From Mobula hypostoma (Eukaryota), in contig NC_086097.1 in the NCBI RefSeq assembly GCF_963921235.1, positions 21,640,001 through 21,704,000 of the forward strand: a stretch of 64,000 nt of DNA. Direction: 5' to 3'. The translations under genes and the position numbers were made by a program. The notes below the pieces were generated by a model. It searched no databases, was not told where the DNA came from, and was given only the letters and a program-made list of their open reading frames with translations. Positions 13,126 to 25,565 of the stretch are shown piece after piece (position 1 is the first letter of the stretch; every line of letters starts with the position of its first letter).

Positions 13126-13309
13126 GCATTTAATGATTCAGAATCAGAATCAGGTTTACTAGCACTGGCAGTAGTACAGTGTAATCCATAAAATATACTA
13201 TGTTACAACAAGAAATGGATTTTTAAATAGTTGTGCAAAAAGTGAGCAAAATAGTGAGGTTGTGTTCATCGGTTTGTGGAATGTCCAGAAATCTGATGGT
13301 GGAGGAGAT

Positions 13310-13997
13310 ATTAGATTAGATTATTAGATTATGAGGACACGCAGTCCTCTTTTATTGTCATTTAGTAATGCATGCATTAAGAAATGATACAATGTTCCTC
13401 CGGTGTGATATCACAGAAACACAAGACAGACCAAAACTGGAAAACTGACAAAAGCCACATAATTATAACATGTAGTTACAATAGTGCAAGCAATACTGTA
13501 ACTTGATGAAGAACAGGCCATGGGCACAGTAAAAAAAGTTTAAGGTCTCTCGAAAGTCCCATCATCTCACGCAGACGGGAGAAGGAAGAAAACTCTCCCT
13601 GCCATGAGCTTCCAGCGCTGCAAACTTGCCGATGCAGCATCCTGGAAGCACCCGACCACAGTCCGACTCTGAGTCTTTCGAAAACTTTGAGCCTCCAACC
13701 AGCCCTCCGACACCGAGCACCGAGCACCACCTCTGCCGAGCGCTTCGACCCCAGCCCCGGCCGCCAGCAGCAGGCAAAGCTGAGGATTTGGGGCCTTCCC
13801 TCCGGAGATTCTCAATTGCACAGTAGCAGCGGCAGCGAAACGGGCATTTCAGAAGTTTCTCCAGATGTTCCTCCGTGCTCCTAACGTCTGTCTCCATCAA
13901 ATCAGGATTGTGCATGGCCCCTATTTAACAAATACGATATAATTTTACTGGAGAAGCTGCGCGCACTGCGTCGTGCCACCATCTTCTCCTCCCGACT
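13310..13997 (-). mobile_element. Non-coding 650-bp-class SINE-like element, copy 1
   Basis: Near-collinear with 17056-17678 (+) and 56641-57212 (-). 5' GGGAGGAGAAGATGG; 3' AATAAAAGAGGACTGCGTGTCC followed by an ATAATCT-like tail. Confidence 0.85.
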
Positions 13998-14289
13998 AAG
14001 CTAAAATGTTGAGTGTGTGTCTTCAAGATTGAAGATTGCTTAATGCTATTTCCTGTAATAATTGTAAAGGAGGCTGAAATAATTGTTACTCCAGATGCAA
14101 TGCAGCACAAAACAAAAACACAATAAAATAAAGGCACAATAGTAAAAAAGACACAGTTAATAAAAATGCATAAGGCGGCTTATGTATTTATACGCATAGG
14201 TTGATTGTCTATCCATAATCTGATGTTAGACACAGGGGTGTCTGTACATAAGGTGACTCTGACAGGAAATGATGAAGTAATGGTTTCGG

Positions 14290-15560
14290 GGGCATAAGCC
14301 TTACTGCTTGGGGAAAGTAACTGTTTTTGAGTGGTCCTAGTGTGGATAACATGTAGCGTCCTCCCTGATGGGAGTGGACAAGCAGAACATAAGCAGGGCT
14401 CTGGGATCCTTCATGATGTTACTGGCCGTTTTTTTTTGGCACCTTTCTTTATCGATGTCTTTGATAGTGGGTAGGCTGGTACCAGTGATGTGTTGCACGG
14501 TTTTGACCACCTGTTTTGGAGCATTCCTGTGTACTGTAGTGCAATTCTCGTACCATGCAGTATGTTAGGATGATCTCTACTTCACATCTGTAGAAGTACG
14601 TGAGTATAGATGTGCACAGTCCAGTTCTCCTCAGCCTCCTCAGAAAGTAGAAACGTTGATGAGCTTTCCTGATTGTGCAAGTGGTGCTCGATAATCATGA
14701 GAGGTTGTGTGAGATGCGGTTGGAAACAGCTCGCAGTTTCCACTGCTGTGGTGCCGATGTAAAGAAGGGTGTGAGTGGTGCGCATTCTTCTGAAGTCGAT
14801 GACCATCTCCTTTGTCTTGTTGACATTTAAGGAAGAGGTTATTTGCCTGACATCAGGCCTTGAGCTCTTCCACATCCTCTGTGTAGGCCGCCTTATCATT
14901 GTTGGTGATGATCTCCACCACTGTCATGTCATTGGCGCACTTAACAATGTGATTTTTCGGGCTCCTGTACCTCCTTCCTGATGGCAGCAGCGAGAATAGG
15001 GCACGGCCTGGATAGTGCAGATTCTCGATGATGATGCTGCTGTCTTGTGTCAATGCCCCTTGTAGATGTGCTCAGTGTTGGGGAGGGCTTTTCCTATGAT
15101 GGACTGGGCAGTAGCCATCACTTTTTGTAGACTTTTCCATTCCTGGGCTTTGGTGTTTCCATATCAAACCATGATGCAACCAGTCAGGATATTCTCCACC
15201 GTGAATCTATGGAAGTTTGTCAAAGTTTTAGAGGTCATGCCAAATCTGAGTACACTTCTAGGAGAGCAGAGGTGCTGCTGTATCTTCTTTGAAATGGCAC
15301 TTCCATGCTGGTCCCAGGACAGATCCTCTCACATGATAACACCGAGGAATTTACAATTACTGACCCTCTCCACCTCTGATTCCCTAAAGAGGACTGGCTC
15401 ATGGACTGTCAGTTTCTTCCTCCTATAGTCAATACAGGAGTTCCTGTAGTTGATTTTGCTGATGTTGAGTGAGAGGTTGTTGCTGTGGCACCATTCAACA
15501 AGATTTTCAATCTCCCCCCTATATTCTGATTCACCATCACCTTTGATTCAGCCCAAAACA
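14290..15560 (-). mobile_element. Nested Rex1/L2-like LINE RT fragments
   Basis: LNVNKTKEMVIDFRR and KCANDMTVV (FADD-like) remnants in minus frames. Confidence 0.75.
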
Positions 15561-16591
15561 GTGGATGGGCGGGGTGGACAATAACTTGCTTGTGACGACC
15601 AGCTGCTACACTATATTCTGTTTTCTAGTTTCCCTTTACTCCCTTAATGTAATTATGCATGGCACGATCTGTCTGGATGACTTGAAAAACAAAAACCTTT
15701 CACCATATCTCAGTATGTGTAAAAATACTGAACCAATACGAGTAGAATGAAAAATGCACAGCTGAGGTGTTTTATAAACCTGGTCAATCAAAGCTTGATG
15801 AACATGCCTCTTGCTCTCTTTAAGCACCTTCTGAATTGGTTGTGCGTATGTTGTTCCTGCTGCCAGTAATTATTCAGTCTCTCACAGACAAAGCAGGTCC
15901 CTTCCTCCTGCCCTCCTCCCTGTCTCGGCATCAAGAGCAGCTCTTTGAGGCAATAGCAATCTCAGTCACATATTGCTGCAGTTTCTACTCTCCAGCCCAT
16001 TCTTTCTGTTCCCACAATGGCCACGATGTGACTGCATCCAGCACGCTATTCATAGGGGTGTGATTCATGGCGTCATACTACAGAGCCTGTGCCAATCTAC
16101 ACCCACCCTTTTACACTAACCAAAGATTTAAAATACATTTATTATCAAAGTATGTATGCAGTATACAACCCTGAGGTATGTCTTCCCGCAGACAGCCATG
16201 AAACAAAGTTACACCATGGAACCCATTCAAAGAAAATGTCAAAAAAAGAACAAGTCATGCAAACAGCAAAAAACGAGCAAAAAAAAAGCTGAATATAAAA
16301 CATCAGACCACAGAGTCAACGGAACAGTGTAGGAATGTTCAGTTTAGTTTAGTTTAGTTCAGTTCAGCTCAGCTTAGCGCTGTGTCGTTCATTAACTGCC
16401 GGCTGCTCGGCCCCAGTCATACTGGCAATAAAAAAAGGAGCAACTAGGAACCAGAAACACATCATAACATGAGCTACAGAGTCCAATCCACAAAATGTGT
16501 TGATTAAATCTTGCCCGAGACCCAAACCTCAAGTGAGTGGGAGAGAGAGACTGGTCAAATGGAGGCATCTTTCTCTGGCAGTAGCAAGTGA

Positions 16592-16622
<31 letters not shown>

Positions 16623-17055
16623 CAGTCAAACACAGGCAGAGAGTGCTGAACACCCGCTCACCTTCTGATCTCATCCTTGTTGATTTCGATCTTGCTCAAT
16701 GCTTTAATCAGCAAAATCAGTGAGAAAGAGCTTAGATCATGGGCTCTCGCCATGTCTCCAGGCTGCACGCTTCACTTAAAAATTTATTATCAAAGTAAAA
16801 TTTATTATCAGAGTACATACATGTCACCACATACAACCCTGAGGTCCTTTTGCTGCAAGCATACTTAGCAACTCTACAGAATAATACTATAAACTGTAAC
16901 CATCAAGAAATGTTAACTGTAAACAAACTGTACAAATGCAGATATAAATAAATGGCAATAAACAATGAGCATGAAATAACAAACTAATAGAGTGCTTAAA
17001 TGAGTGTAGCTATCCCCTTTTGCTTAAGAGCCTGTGAGAAGTAGTAACAATAAAC

Positions 17056-17678
17056 GGCGGGAGGAGAGAGAGCAGCGCACCGCGTGTGCGCAGCCCTCCG
17101 GTGAAAAATGATATCGTATCTGTTAAATAGGGGCTGAGGACAATTCTGATTTGATGGAGACGGATGTGAGAGCACAGAGGAACATCTGGAGAAATTTCTG
17201 AAATGCCAGTTCACTGCTGTCGTTACTGCACGGGCGGGAATCTTCCGGAGGGTAGGCCTCAAAATCCCCGGCTTTGCCTGCCATTGGCGACCGAGATTGA
17301 GGTCGAATCGTTCGGACAGAGATGGCGCTCAGTACTCGGTGTCGGAGAGCTGATCAGAGGCTTGAAGTTTTCGGATGACTCAGAGTCGGATTGTGGTCGG
17401 GCATGGCAGGGAGAGTTTTTCTTCCTTCTCCCGTCTGTGTGAGATGTGGGACATTTGAGAAACTTTGAACTTTTTACTGTGCTCATGGACTTCTTCATCA
17501 AGTTATGGTATTGTTGCACTGTTGTAACTATATGTTATAATTATGTGGTTTTGTTAGTTTTTTCAGTCTTGGTCTGTCTTGTGTTTTGTGATATCACACT
17601 GGAGGAAATATTGTATCATTTCTTAATGCATGCATTACTAAATGACAATAAAAGAGGACTGCGTGTCTTCATAATCTA
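17056..17678 (+). mobile_element. Non-coding SINE-like element, copy 2, interrupting a Rex1/L2-like 3' fragment (about 16790-18020, minus)
   Basis: Homologous to 13310-13997; host LINE resumes at taactgttcttgaacctgg. Confidence 0.85.
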
Positions 17679-18317
17679 ACTGTTCTTGAACCTGGTGGTG
17701 CGAGTCCTGAGGCTCTTGTACCTTCTACCTGATGGCAGCAGTGAGAAAAGAGCATAGCCTTGGTAGTGAGGGTCTCTGATGATGGATGTTGCTTTTCTAT
17801 GGCAACATTTCATGTAGATGTGCTCAATGGTTGGGAGGATTTTATCCATGACATACTGGGCTGAATCCACTACCTTTTGTAGGATTTTATGCTCAAAGGT
17901 ACTGGGGTTCCCACACTGGGCTGTAGGGCAGCCAGTAGGCACACTCTGCACCACACATCTACAGAAATTTGCCAAGGTTTTCCATGGCATGCCGTATCTC
18001 CACAGACTCCTGAGGAAAATCGCCAGCTCGCCCAATCCACCAACTTACACCAATCCTACCCTACCCCATTTCCATCATCACCTCTTAACTGCACCACCCT
18101 TCTGGATTCCATGGGCTGGCTCTGCAGCTGGTGAGGCACATTGAGTGGTGTCGTCATGGACAGTATCAGAGCATCATAAAACAGCAACCTGTCATTCTGC
18201 ATAGATCAATTAAATCATATCACAGGGGAATGTTACCCTTACAAAAAGACTGTTAAAATGGGTAGTCTGAAATGGTCTGTGCAGTTTGCATTTCCTCTTT
18301 CAAGGGATTCCCAAAGG

Positions 18318-18625
18318 TTTTTCTTTCTTTCTTTCTCTCTCCCTTCACCTCCCCTCTCCTCTCTCTCCCCCTTCCACTCTCTCTTCCCTTTTCTGCCCTT
18401 CCCTCTCTCTTTCGCACTCCCCTCTTCCTTTCCTCTCTCCCTCCCGCTCTCTGTCTTCCCCTTTCTGCCTTTCCCTCTCTTTTTCTCACTCCCCTCTTCC
18501 TCCCTCTTTCTTCCCTGCTTTCTCCTCTTCTCTCTCTCTTTCTCCCCCTCACTCTTTCCCCCCTCTCTTATCTCTCTTCTCCCCTTCTTCTCTCTCCTTC
18601 TCCCTCTCTTTATCCTCCTCGCTCT
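18318..18625 (+). repeat. Polypyrimidine (CT-rich) low-complexity tract, about 300 bp
   Basis: Almost purely C/T with degenerate internal repeats. Confidence 0.9.
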
Positions 18626-19479
18626 AAAGAAGATCATAGTATTGAGACAATCTTTATAACTGTGCCTAGACAGTAAAATATATAGAGTCTTGTTCTCATT
18701 TTGCTTCAGTGGATAATTATTTTCCAAGACATATTTTACTGTTCATCCAGCTGCCGCATTTTGACAAGCTAATTAATTTTGACACGGTGTGGCCCTGGTG
18801 TGTGCTATTCTATGACAGCAAGGACCTGGCTTTAGAGGCAGATTCACTTTTCTCTATGATTTGTTTGTGTTTTACTGCTCGGGTCCCTGGGAGTCCATTT
18901 AACTGGGTCTTCAGAGCCTGTTTCAAAATGGCACATCGCCTCTGATTGATAGCTTTACACTGAATGTGACAGCACTTGAACAGACCCTTCAGCCCATTAT
19001 GTTTGTACTGACTGCAGCTCTGGTTTAAACTAAATCTCCTCTGCAGGCACTAGTTCCATATCCCTCCATTCGCTGCATAATCATGTGCCTCTATTCTTAA
19101 ATGCCTCTATTGTACCTGGATCCACTAACCGCCTCCCGCCCCCCCACGCTGGCCGCACATTCCAGGGACCCGTCACTCTGTGTGAAAGGAACTTGAGTCA
19201 TGTATCTCCTTTGAACCTCCCCCCCCCCAAATGAATGGCCTCTTGTCATTTCTATCCTGGTAAAATGTTCTGTCTACCCTATCTACGTCTCTCATACTCA
19301 TAAACTTCTATCACTTCTCCCCTCAGCCTCAGATTTTCCAGAGAAAGCAGCCCAAAGTTTGTCCAAACCTGCTTTTAACTCATATCCTGTAATCTAGGCA
19401 GCATCTTCAGAAATCTCTCCTGCACCGTTTGCAAAGCCTCCACGTCCTTCCTGTAATGGGAAGACATTGCTTGGAGTGA

Positions 19480-20270
19480 AACTTTGGCCCAGAATGTCGA
19501 CTGTTTATTCCTCTCCATAGATGCTGTCTGACCTGCTGAGTTCCTCCAGCATTTTGTGTGTGTAGCTCTGGATTTCCAGCATTTGCAGAATCTCTTGTAT
19601 TTAATGCATTGCTTCGAATGTATCCTTCCAAGTTTGCTTTCAGCTAAGGCAGCATGATGTACGGTGCACATGGATTAGGTGCAGGAGAAGGCATGGCTGA
19701 TCTGGCGGTATCCTCAACTCCGTTCTATACCCTCAGTAACATTCCATCCTCTTGTTTATCAAGAATCTGCCTCCCACTTTGTTAAAAGCATTCTGCTTCC
19801 ACCGCCCTTTAAGTTAGCTTCTTGATTAGTAAGGGCATTAAAAGTTAGGAAGTGAATGGGGTTGAAAGGGATAATAAATCAGCTGATGGAATTGGGGAGC
19901 AGACTCAATGGGCCAGATGGCTTAATCTGTTTTATGGTCTGATGGACTAATCCAGTCCTGATGCAGGATAACAGCAGGTCAGGCAGCATCTATGGAAGGC
20001 ACTAAGCAGAGGATGTTTCGGGCCAAGACCCTTCAGATTGGCTGGTCTGATGAAGGTTCTCAGCACAAAGCATTGCCTGTTTCTTCTCCTCTATAATGCT
20101 GCCTGACCTGCTGAGTTCCTCCAGCTTTTTGTTTGTGTTGATCTAGATTTCCAACATCTGCAGAATCTCCTGTATTTCTGAAGCAAGGTGTCGACCTGAG
20201 ACTCTGGCCATCCCTCTGCCTCTGACCTGCTGAGTTTTGCCAGCAGTTTATTTTTTGCTCCAGATTCCAG
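19480..20270. mobile_element. Cluster of decayed Penelope-like 3' ends (19480-19602; inverted pair about 19970-20180 nested in an older copy)
   Basis: Repeated gatgctgcctgacctgctgagttcctccagc motif in both orientations, with degraded hammerhead cores. Confidence 0.7.
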
Positions 20271-20414
20271 TCCCTCTTGCCTCCCCTCTATCCCCTGACC
20301 TTGCTTTGGCAACCTTGTTCACTGTGAGACAGTCCACTGCCTGAAATACAAACACTGGACAACAATTTTTTTCATAAATGTTGCTTCATCAATTTTTTTT
20401 TGTAAATTCTTGTA

Positions 20415-20545
20415 AACTCATTCTCTGTAAACTCTTGAGACTGTTGTGTGTGAAAATCTCAGGGGGTCAGCAGTTTCTGAGATACTCAAACCACCCTGTC
20501 TGGCACCAGCAATCATAACACATCCGAAGTCCTGACCACTGGGCC
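20415..20545 (-). mobile_element. Tc1/mariner transposase N-terminal remnant
   Basis: Minus frame DFGCVMIAGARQGGLSISETADPLRFSHTTVSRVYRE resembles the Tc1-like HTH region. Confidence 0.75.
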
Positions 20546-20569
20546 ACTTGGAGATGAATATAAATATAC

Positions 20570-21049
20570 TGTACCCTTTTCCTGCCTTCTCCCCATATCC
20601 CTTGACTCCGCTATCTTTAAGAGCTCTATCTAACTCTTTCTTGAAAGAATCCAGAGAATTGGCCACCACTGCCTTCTGAGGCAGAGCATTCCACAGAACC
20701 ACAACCCTCTGTGTGAAAAAGTTTTTCCTCACCTGCGTTCCAAATGGTCTACCCCTTGTTCTTAAACTGTGGCCTCTAGTTCTGGACTCCCCCAACATAC
20801 GGAACATGTTTCCTGCCTCTAGCATGTCCAATCCCTTAATAATCTTATATATTTCAATCAGCTCCCCTCTCATCCTTCTAAATTCCAGTGTATACAAGCC
20901 CAGTCACTCCAATCTCTCAACATATGACAGTCCCGCCATCCCGGGAATTAACCTCGTGAACCTACGCTGCACTCCCTCAATAGCTAGAATGTCCTTCCTC
21001 AAATTTGGAGACCAAAACTGCACACAGTACTCCAGGTGTGGTCTCACCA
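20570..21049 (-). mobile_element. CR1 3' fragment
   Basis: LEFRRMRGELIEIYKIIKG...KNFFTQRVVVLWNALP. Confidence 0.9.
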
Positions 21050-21272
21050 GGAGTATTGGCCATGATACCATAGCTAGGTCTCCTGTGCTTCACTGAAATA
21101 GTGCCATGGGATCTTTTAAATCACTTGGAAAAGGCAAGTAGGAGCCACACTGGACATCAGCTACAAAAGAAAGGCTATGCAACTATGTAGCACTCCCTCT
21201 GTACTGCACCAGCGCATCAGATGCGATTTTTGTCGCTAGCCTTGAACTCACATCTCCTGAATCAGGCAAGTT
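21050..21272 (-). mobile_element. Ancient Deu-domain SINE remnant (SacSINE1/AmnSINE1-like)
   Basis: aaatagtgccatgggatctttta ... agcactccctctgtactgcac ... cttgaactcaca resembles the recalled antisense DeuSINE consensus. A related + strand remnant lies near 22460-22560. Confidence 0.6.
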
Positions 21273-23360
21273 AGTTGATGCTGCCTTTAAGCAGCATGAT
21301 CTAGTATCTTAACATTTCTCCAGTTACAATCCAAACCTTTTATCGTTTAGTAAATACTATTAAGATACTGATTACATGTGAAGTATTGTGTGGTCTATTT
21401 TTCTGCAGCTTTATACATTGGTGGTTTTTAATTAAATACTGTTCCATTTATTTGTGTAATAATTTGAAGTTGCCCTCTGTGAAAGAGCAATTTATTGTGA
21501 TAATTTTGTCATCGTTTGAAAAAAGACAGCTTTAGCGAAGAGCTCACTAATTGTCCTGCATCATTTCAGCAGAGAATTTACTGATGGGGCTGTGCAGTAA
21601 CTCTAGACAGCAGCTTCTGTGCCTTGTAACCACACTTGAGTTCAAATTGAAAATGTAATTATTATCAAATCGGATCGAGTGTTGGCAGAATAATTGTTTT
21701 CCGCCTCGTCTTGTTCAGTCCTCCTTGCTGTCGCATGGAAAAAGCCCAGAAGTAAGTTATTTAGCTCGTTTGTTCAATGCTAGTTTCTGTGCCCCTTAGG
21801 GGCCCCAGTCTCATCAAGACATCCAGTATTTATCCACCCAATCCATGCCAATAATCAAGAGGAAATGGTGGTTGCAGGTTCGATTTGAACATTCGTAACT
21901 GAGGAAGTTTGGATAAGTACATGGAACAAAGAGCATTTCAGTCAGGACGTTTTGGGGTGAAGTCAGGGAGCATTTTTTCAAATGCTAGGGATTGGAAATT
22001 TGGAACTCTTTGAAACACAATAGAAGAGGAACAGGAGGATGCTACTTGTCTCCTCCAGCCTGCCCAGCATTCAGTAAAGTCATTATGATTAAAAAGATGA
22101 GCTTTATTTGTCACATGTACATCAAAGAATACAGAGAAATGTGCCGTTTGTAGCAAGTCAGATCAGCAAGGATTGTGCTGGGGGCAGCCATGCATCTGGC
22201 GTCAAGATAGCATGCCCAGGATTCACTAACTCTAAATATAGGTCTTTGGAATGTAGAGGGGAACCAGAGCACCCGGGGAAAAACTGCGCAGTCAGGGGGA
22301 GAGGGTATGAGCTCCTTAAGACAGTGGCAGGAATGGAACCCTGATCAGTGATCGCTGGTGCTGCAAAGCGATTGCACCAACTGCTACGCTATCGTGCTGC
22401 CCTGATGAATCAAGTCCTACTCCAGGCTCACACTCCAAAGCAATCGTGAAACACAACTGAAGGTGATCTCTTGTAGAGTGAGATTAAACCAAAGTCCTGC
22501 CTACCTGGTCAGGAGATCCCGTGTCCTTGAAGAAGTACCTGGCCCACATTACTCTCTCAAACTTCTCCAAAACAAATCGATGTTTGTGCGAGCTAAGAGA
22601 TATAAAATTAACTTGTCCATGGTGACCAAGTCACCTACCTGAGCTCTCCTATCCGCGTACCTATCCACATGTCTTTTAAACGCTGAAATTGTGCACACAC
22701 CTTCCTCTAGCACTTCGTCCATATTTATATCACCCTTCACGTGAAAACATTGCCTCTCAACTCCCCTTTAAAACTTCCCTCTCTCAATTTAAAACCATAT
22801 CCCCTAAGATTTAGACTCCCCTACCCTGGGAAAAAGACAAATGATCTACTTAATTAATTGACTTATTTAGAGATACAGCGCGAATCAGGCAGGCCCCCCC
22901 CCCCCACCCAATGAGCCACATCATCCACCTTTTTAACACTAGCTTAATCACAAGACAATTTACAATGACCTATAACCTCCTAACAATTAATTCTTTGGGA
23001 GGAAACTGGGGCACCCAGGTGAAATCCATGCAGTCATGGGGAGAACGTACAAACTCCTTTCAGACATGCCGGAATTGAACTCTGGAACGCCCCGGGCTGT
23101 AATAGTGCCACACTAACTGCTACACTACCGCGGCACCCTAACATACCTGTGTTAATGTACGGGCCTCAACTACTTTCAATACACATACTGATCACTCTCT
23201 GGGTGGAAAAAGTTGCCCCTCAGTTCCTATCAAATCTTTCTGCTCCCACCTTAAACCTATGACATCTAGTTCTTGATTTCCAAACCCCTGGGGAAAACGC
23301 CGAGTCCCTCATAGGTCCTTTGTATGTGCAAGCGTTCTGTTCTTTCATTGTTTTGGGCCC

Positions 23361-23655
23361 CACGGTGGCATAGCGGTTAGCGCGACGCTATTACAGCTCG
23401 CGGCGTTCCAGAGTTCAGAGTTCAACTCTAGTTCCATTCTGTAAGGAGTCTCTGTATGTCCTTCCCATGGAAATCATGTTTCCTCCCGGTTCCTCCAGCT
23501 TCCTCCCACAGTCCAAAGACGGACTAGGTAGGTTAACCAGTCATTGTTGTGATGAGGTGAGGGTTAATTGGGTTTGCCGGGGGTTGCTGGGACGGCATGG
23601 CATGAAGTCCTGGAAGGGCCTACTCTGTGGTGAATTGCTAAATTAAATAAATAAT
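23361..23655 (+). mobile_element. tRNA-derived V-SINE (HE1-like)
   Basis: A-box-like TGGCATAGCGG, B-box-like GAGTTCAACTC, V-domain TTCCTCCCACAGTCCAAAGAC, TAAA tail. Related copies near 22095-22400(-), 22855-23140(-), 27275-27560(-), 37315-37610(-), 49228-49520(+), 58990-59150(+), 61665-61920(+). Confidence 0.75.
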
Positions 23656-24916
23656 ACAGCATTCTTTGCAATTATTCAGTTCTGCAGACACACAGTACAC
23701 ATTATAATGAAATGTACAATTACCATTGAACTCATCCTGCCTTCCCACCCTCTCTGGACCGGGAATCACTGTTGCTTGTTTATGACAGTCACTTTGTAAT
23801 CATTCATCACCTTCAGGAACTGGTTCATACGAACTGCTGTGTCTTTGTGATGGCAAAATAGATCTGTTCCCTTTTTTTCTTTTTTAAAGAGATATTATTT
23901 CAACAATGTAAAAAAAAAGTGTCTCCAAACCAGTTTGATTGCAAAAGGATATGAAAAAGCCCTGGGATGTCAAGAATTTGAATTTCTATTAAAACATATG
24001 TTTAAAATGCTAAATTTATAAAATGGTGTGTAGGGGACAGAGAAAAATCAATGCAATCTTCAGACAGTCGCTGACTGGATTATTTCTTTGTACTCCGGCA
24101 GTTTACACAGCTTGCATGATTCAAAGGCTGTGCCATGGTGTCTTAATTCTTCCCTTGATGATCACACTTCCAAGGCAAACCTCCAAGTCCCCTGCGTAAT
24201 TCAGCAAGGCAAAGAGAATAAAGGCTGAAACTTAATCATGGCAGCAACTTCTATCTCGTAGCTTGTTTAAAACCCAACAGATTGAAGCAACAGCGGGCCA
24301 TTCAGCCTGTTGTCCTTGCTCTTCCATTCGCGGCTGATGTTCTTCCTCACCGGCATTTTCCTGCACGAACCCCGCATCACATGGTTGAAAGAAAAATGGA
24401 GGGCTCTTTGGGAGGGAAGGGTTAGGTTGATGTTGGAGTAGGTTAAAAGGTTGCTACAACATGCCGGGCTGAAGGGTCAGTACTGTGTTGCACTCTTCTA
24501 TGTTCTATCCCCTCCCCATCAGCTACCAGGCTCTATAACACTCCCTTTCTTATATGTTGCTAATATTCTGGAAGTCTTTCACTTTCCCTCTCTGCCTTGA
24601 TGCAGGCACCCATCCAGCAATGTTGACATACTGTGCGTCTTGGATGTGTCGCCAAACCCACTGGATTCTTCCAGCATTCGAGTTTTTGTTCAGCATCTTC
24701 TGAGCCTCTCTCTCGGCCATACTCATTAACTCTGCTAGCCCAACAAGATTTCCTTCCGGTCTGTCCTTAAAATGAAAAACAAGACCCTTAACAGTGTTGA
24801 TGAGCAGAGGGATGTTGGGCTCCAAGTTCTTAGCTCACTGAAAGTGGCTACACAGCATGATTGGGTGTTGAAGGAAGGATGTGGCATGCTTGATGTTATT
24901 AGTCAAGGCACTGAGT

Positions 24917-25079
24917 TCAAAAGTTAGGAATGCAAACACGAGGAAATCTGCAGATGCTGGAAATTCAAGCAACACACACAAAATGCTGGTAGAATGCAGC
25001 AGGTCAGGCAGCATCTATAGGAAGAAGCACAGCTGACGTTTCAGGCCGAGACCCTTCGTCAGGACTCAAAAGTTAGGAA
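24917..25079 (-). mobile_element. 135-bp Penelope-like 3' end insertion with 14-bp TSD, beginning at a hammerhead
   Basis: TCAAAAGTTAGGAA at 24917-24930 and 25066-25079; insert 24931-25065. Confidence 0.9.
25031..25066 (-). ncRNA. Minimal type-I hammerhead ribozyme motif
   Basis: AGTC-CTGACGA-A-GGGT-CTCG-GCCT-GAAA-CGTC-AGCT: core, ACGU palindrome and GUC triplet intact; stem I imperfect. Confidence 0.75.
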
Positions 25080-25565
25080 GTTATGTTGCAGCTTAATAAA
25101 ACTCTAGTAAGGCTGCATCTGGAATATTGCATGCAGTTTTGGTCGTGCACCCCCCCCCCCCCAATTATAGGAAAGGTGTCGAGGCTTTGGAGAGAGTACA
25201 GGAGAAGTTTACCAGGATGTTGCCTGGATGAGAAGGCATGTGCTATGACGAGAGGTTGGACAAACTTGAGTTGTCTTCTCTGGAGCAGTGGAGGCTGAGG
25301 GGAGATCTGATAGAGGTTTATAAGGTTATGAGAGGCAGAGATAGAGTAGGTAGACAGTATCTTTTTCCAGGGTTGAGAAGTCTAATACCAGTGGGCATGC
25401 TTTTAAGGTGAAAGGAACTAATTTCAAAGGAGATGTCAGGGGCAAGTATTTTACATGGAGTTGTGGTTGTCTGGGATGGTGAAAGAGGCAGAAACGTTAG
25501 GGGCTTTTAAGAAACGTATAGATAGGTGCATGAATGAGAGGAGAATGGCAGGATATGGACATGCT

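Larger units (their letters stand above)
24777..25565 (+). mobile_element. CR1 3' fragment interrupted by a Penelope-like insertion
   Basis: LQLNKTLVRLHLEYCMQFWS; sequence is continuous across the 24931-25065 insert. Confidence 0.85.

Noticed and set aside
18239..18727. R/E/K/G-rich and L/P/S/F-rich ORFs
   Set aside because: Translation of the CT low-complexity tract.
23361..23440. tRNA gene
   Set aside because: A/B-box-like head continues into a V-SINE body and no cloverleaf is evident.
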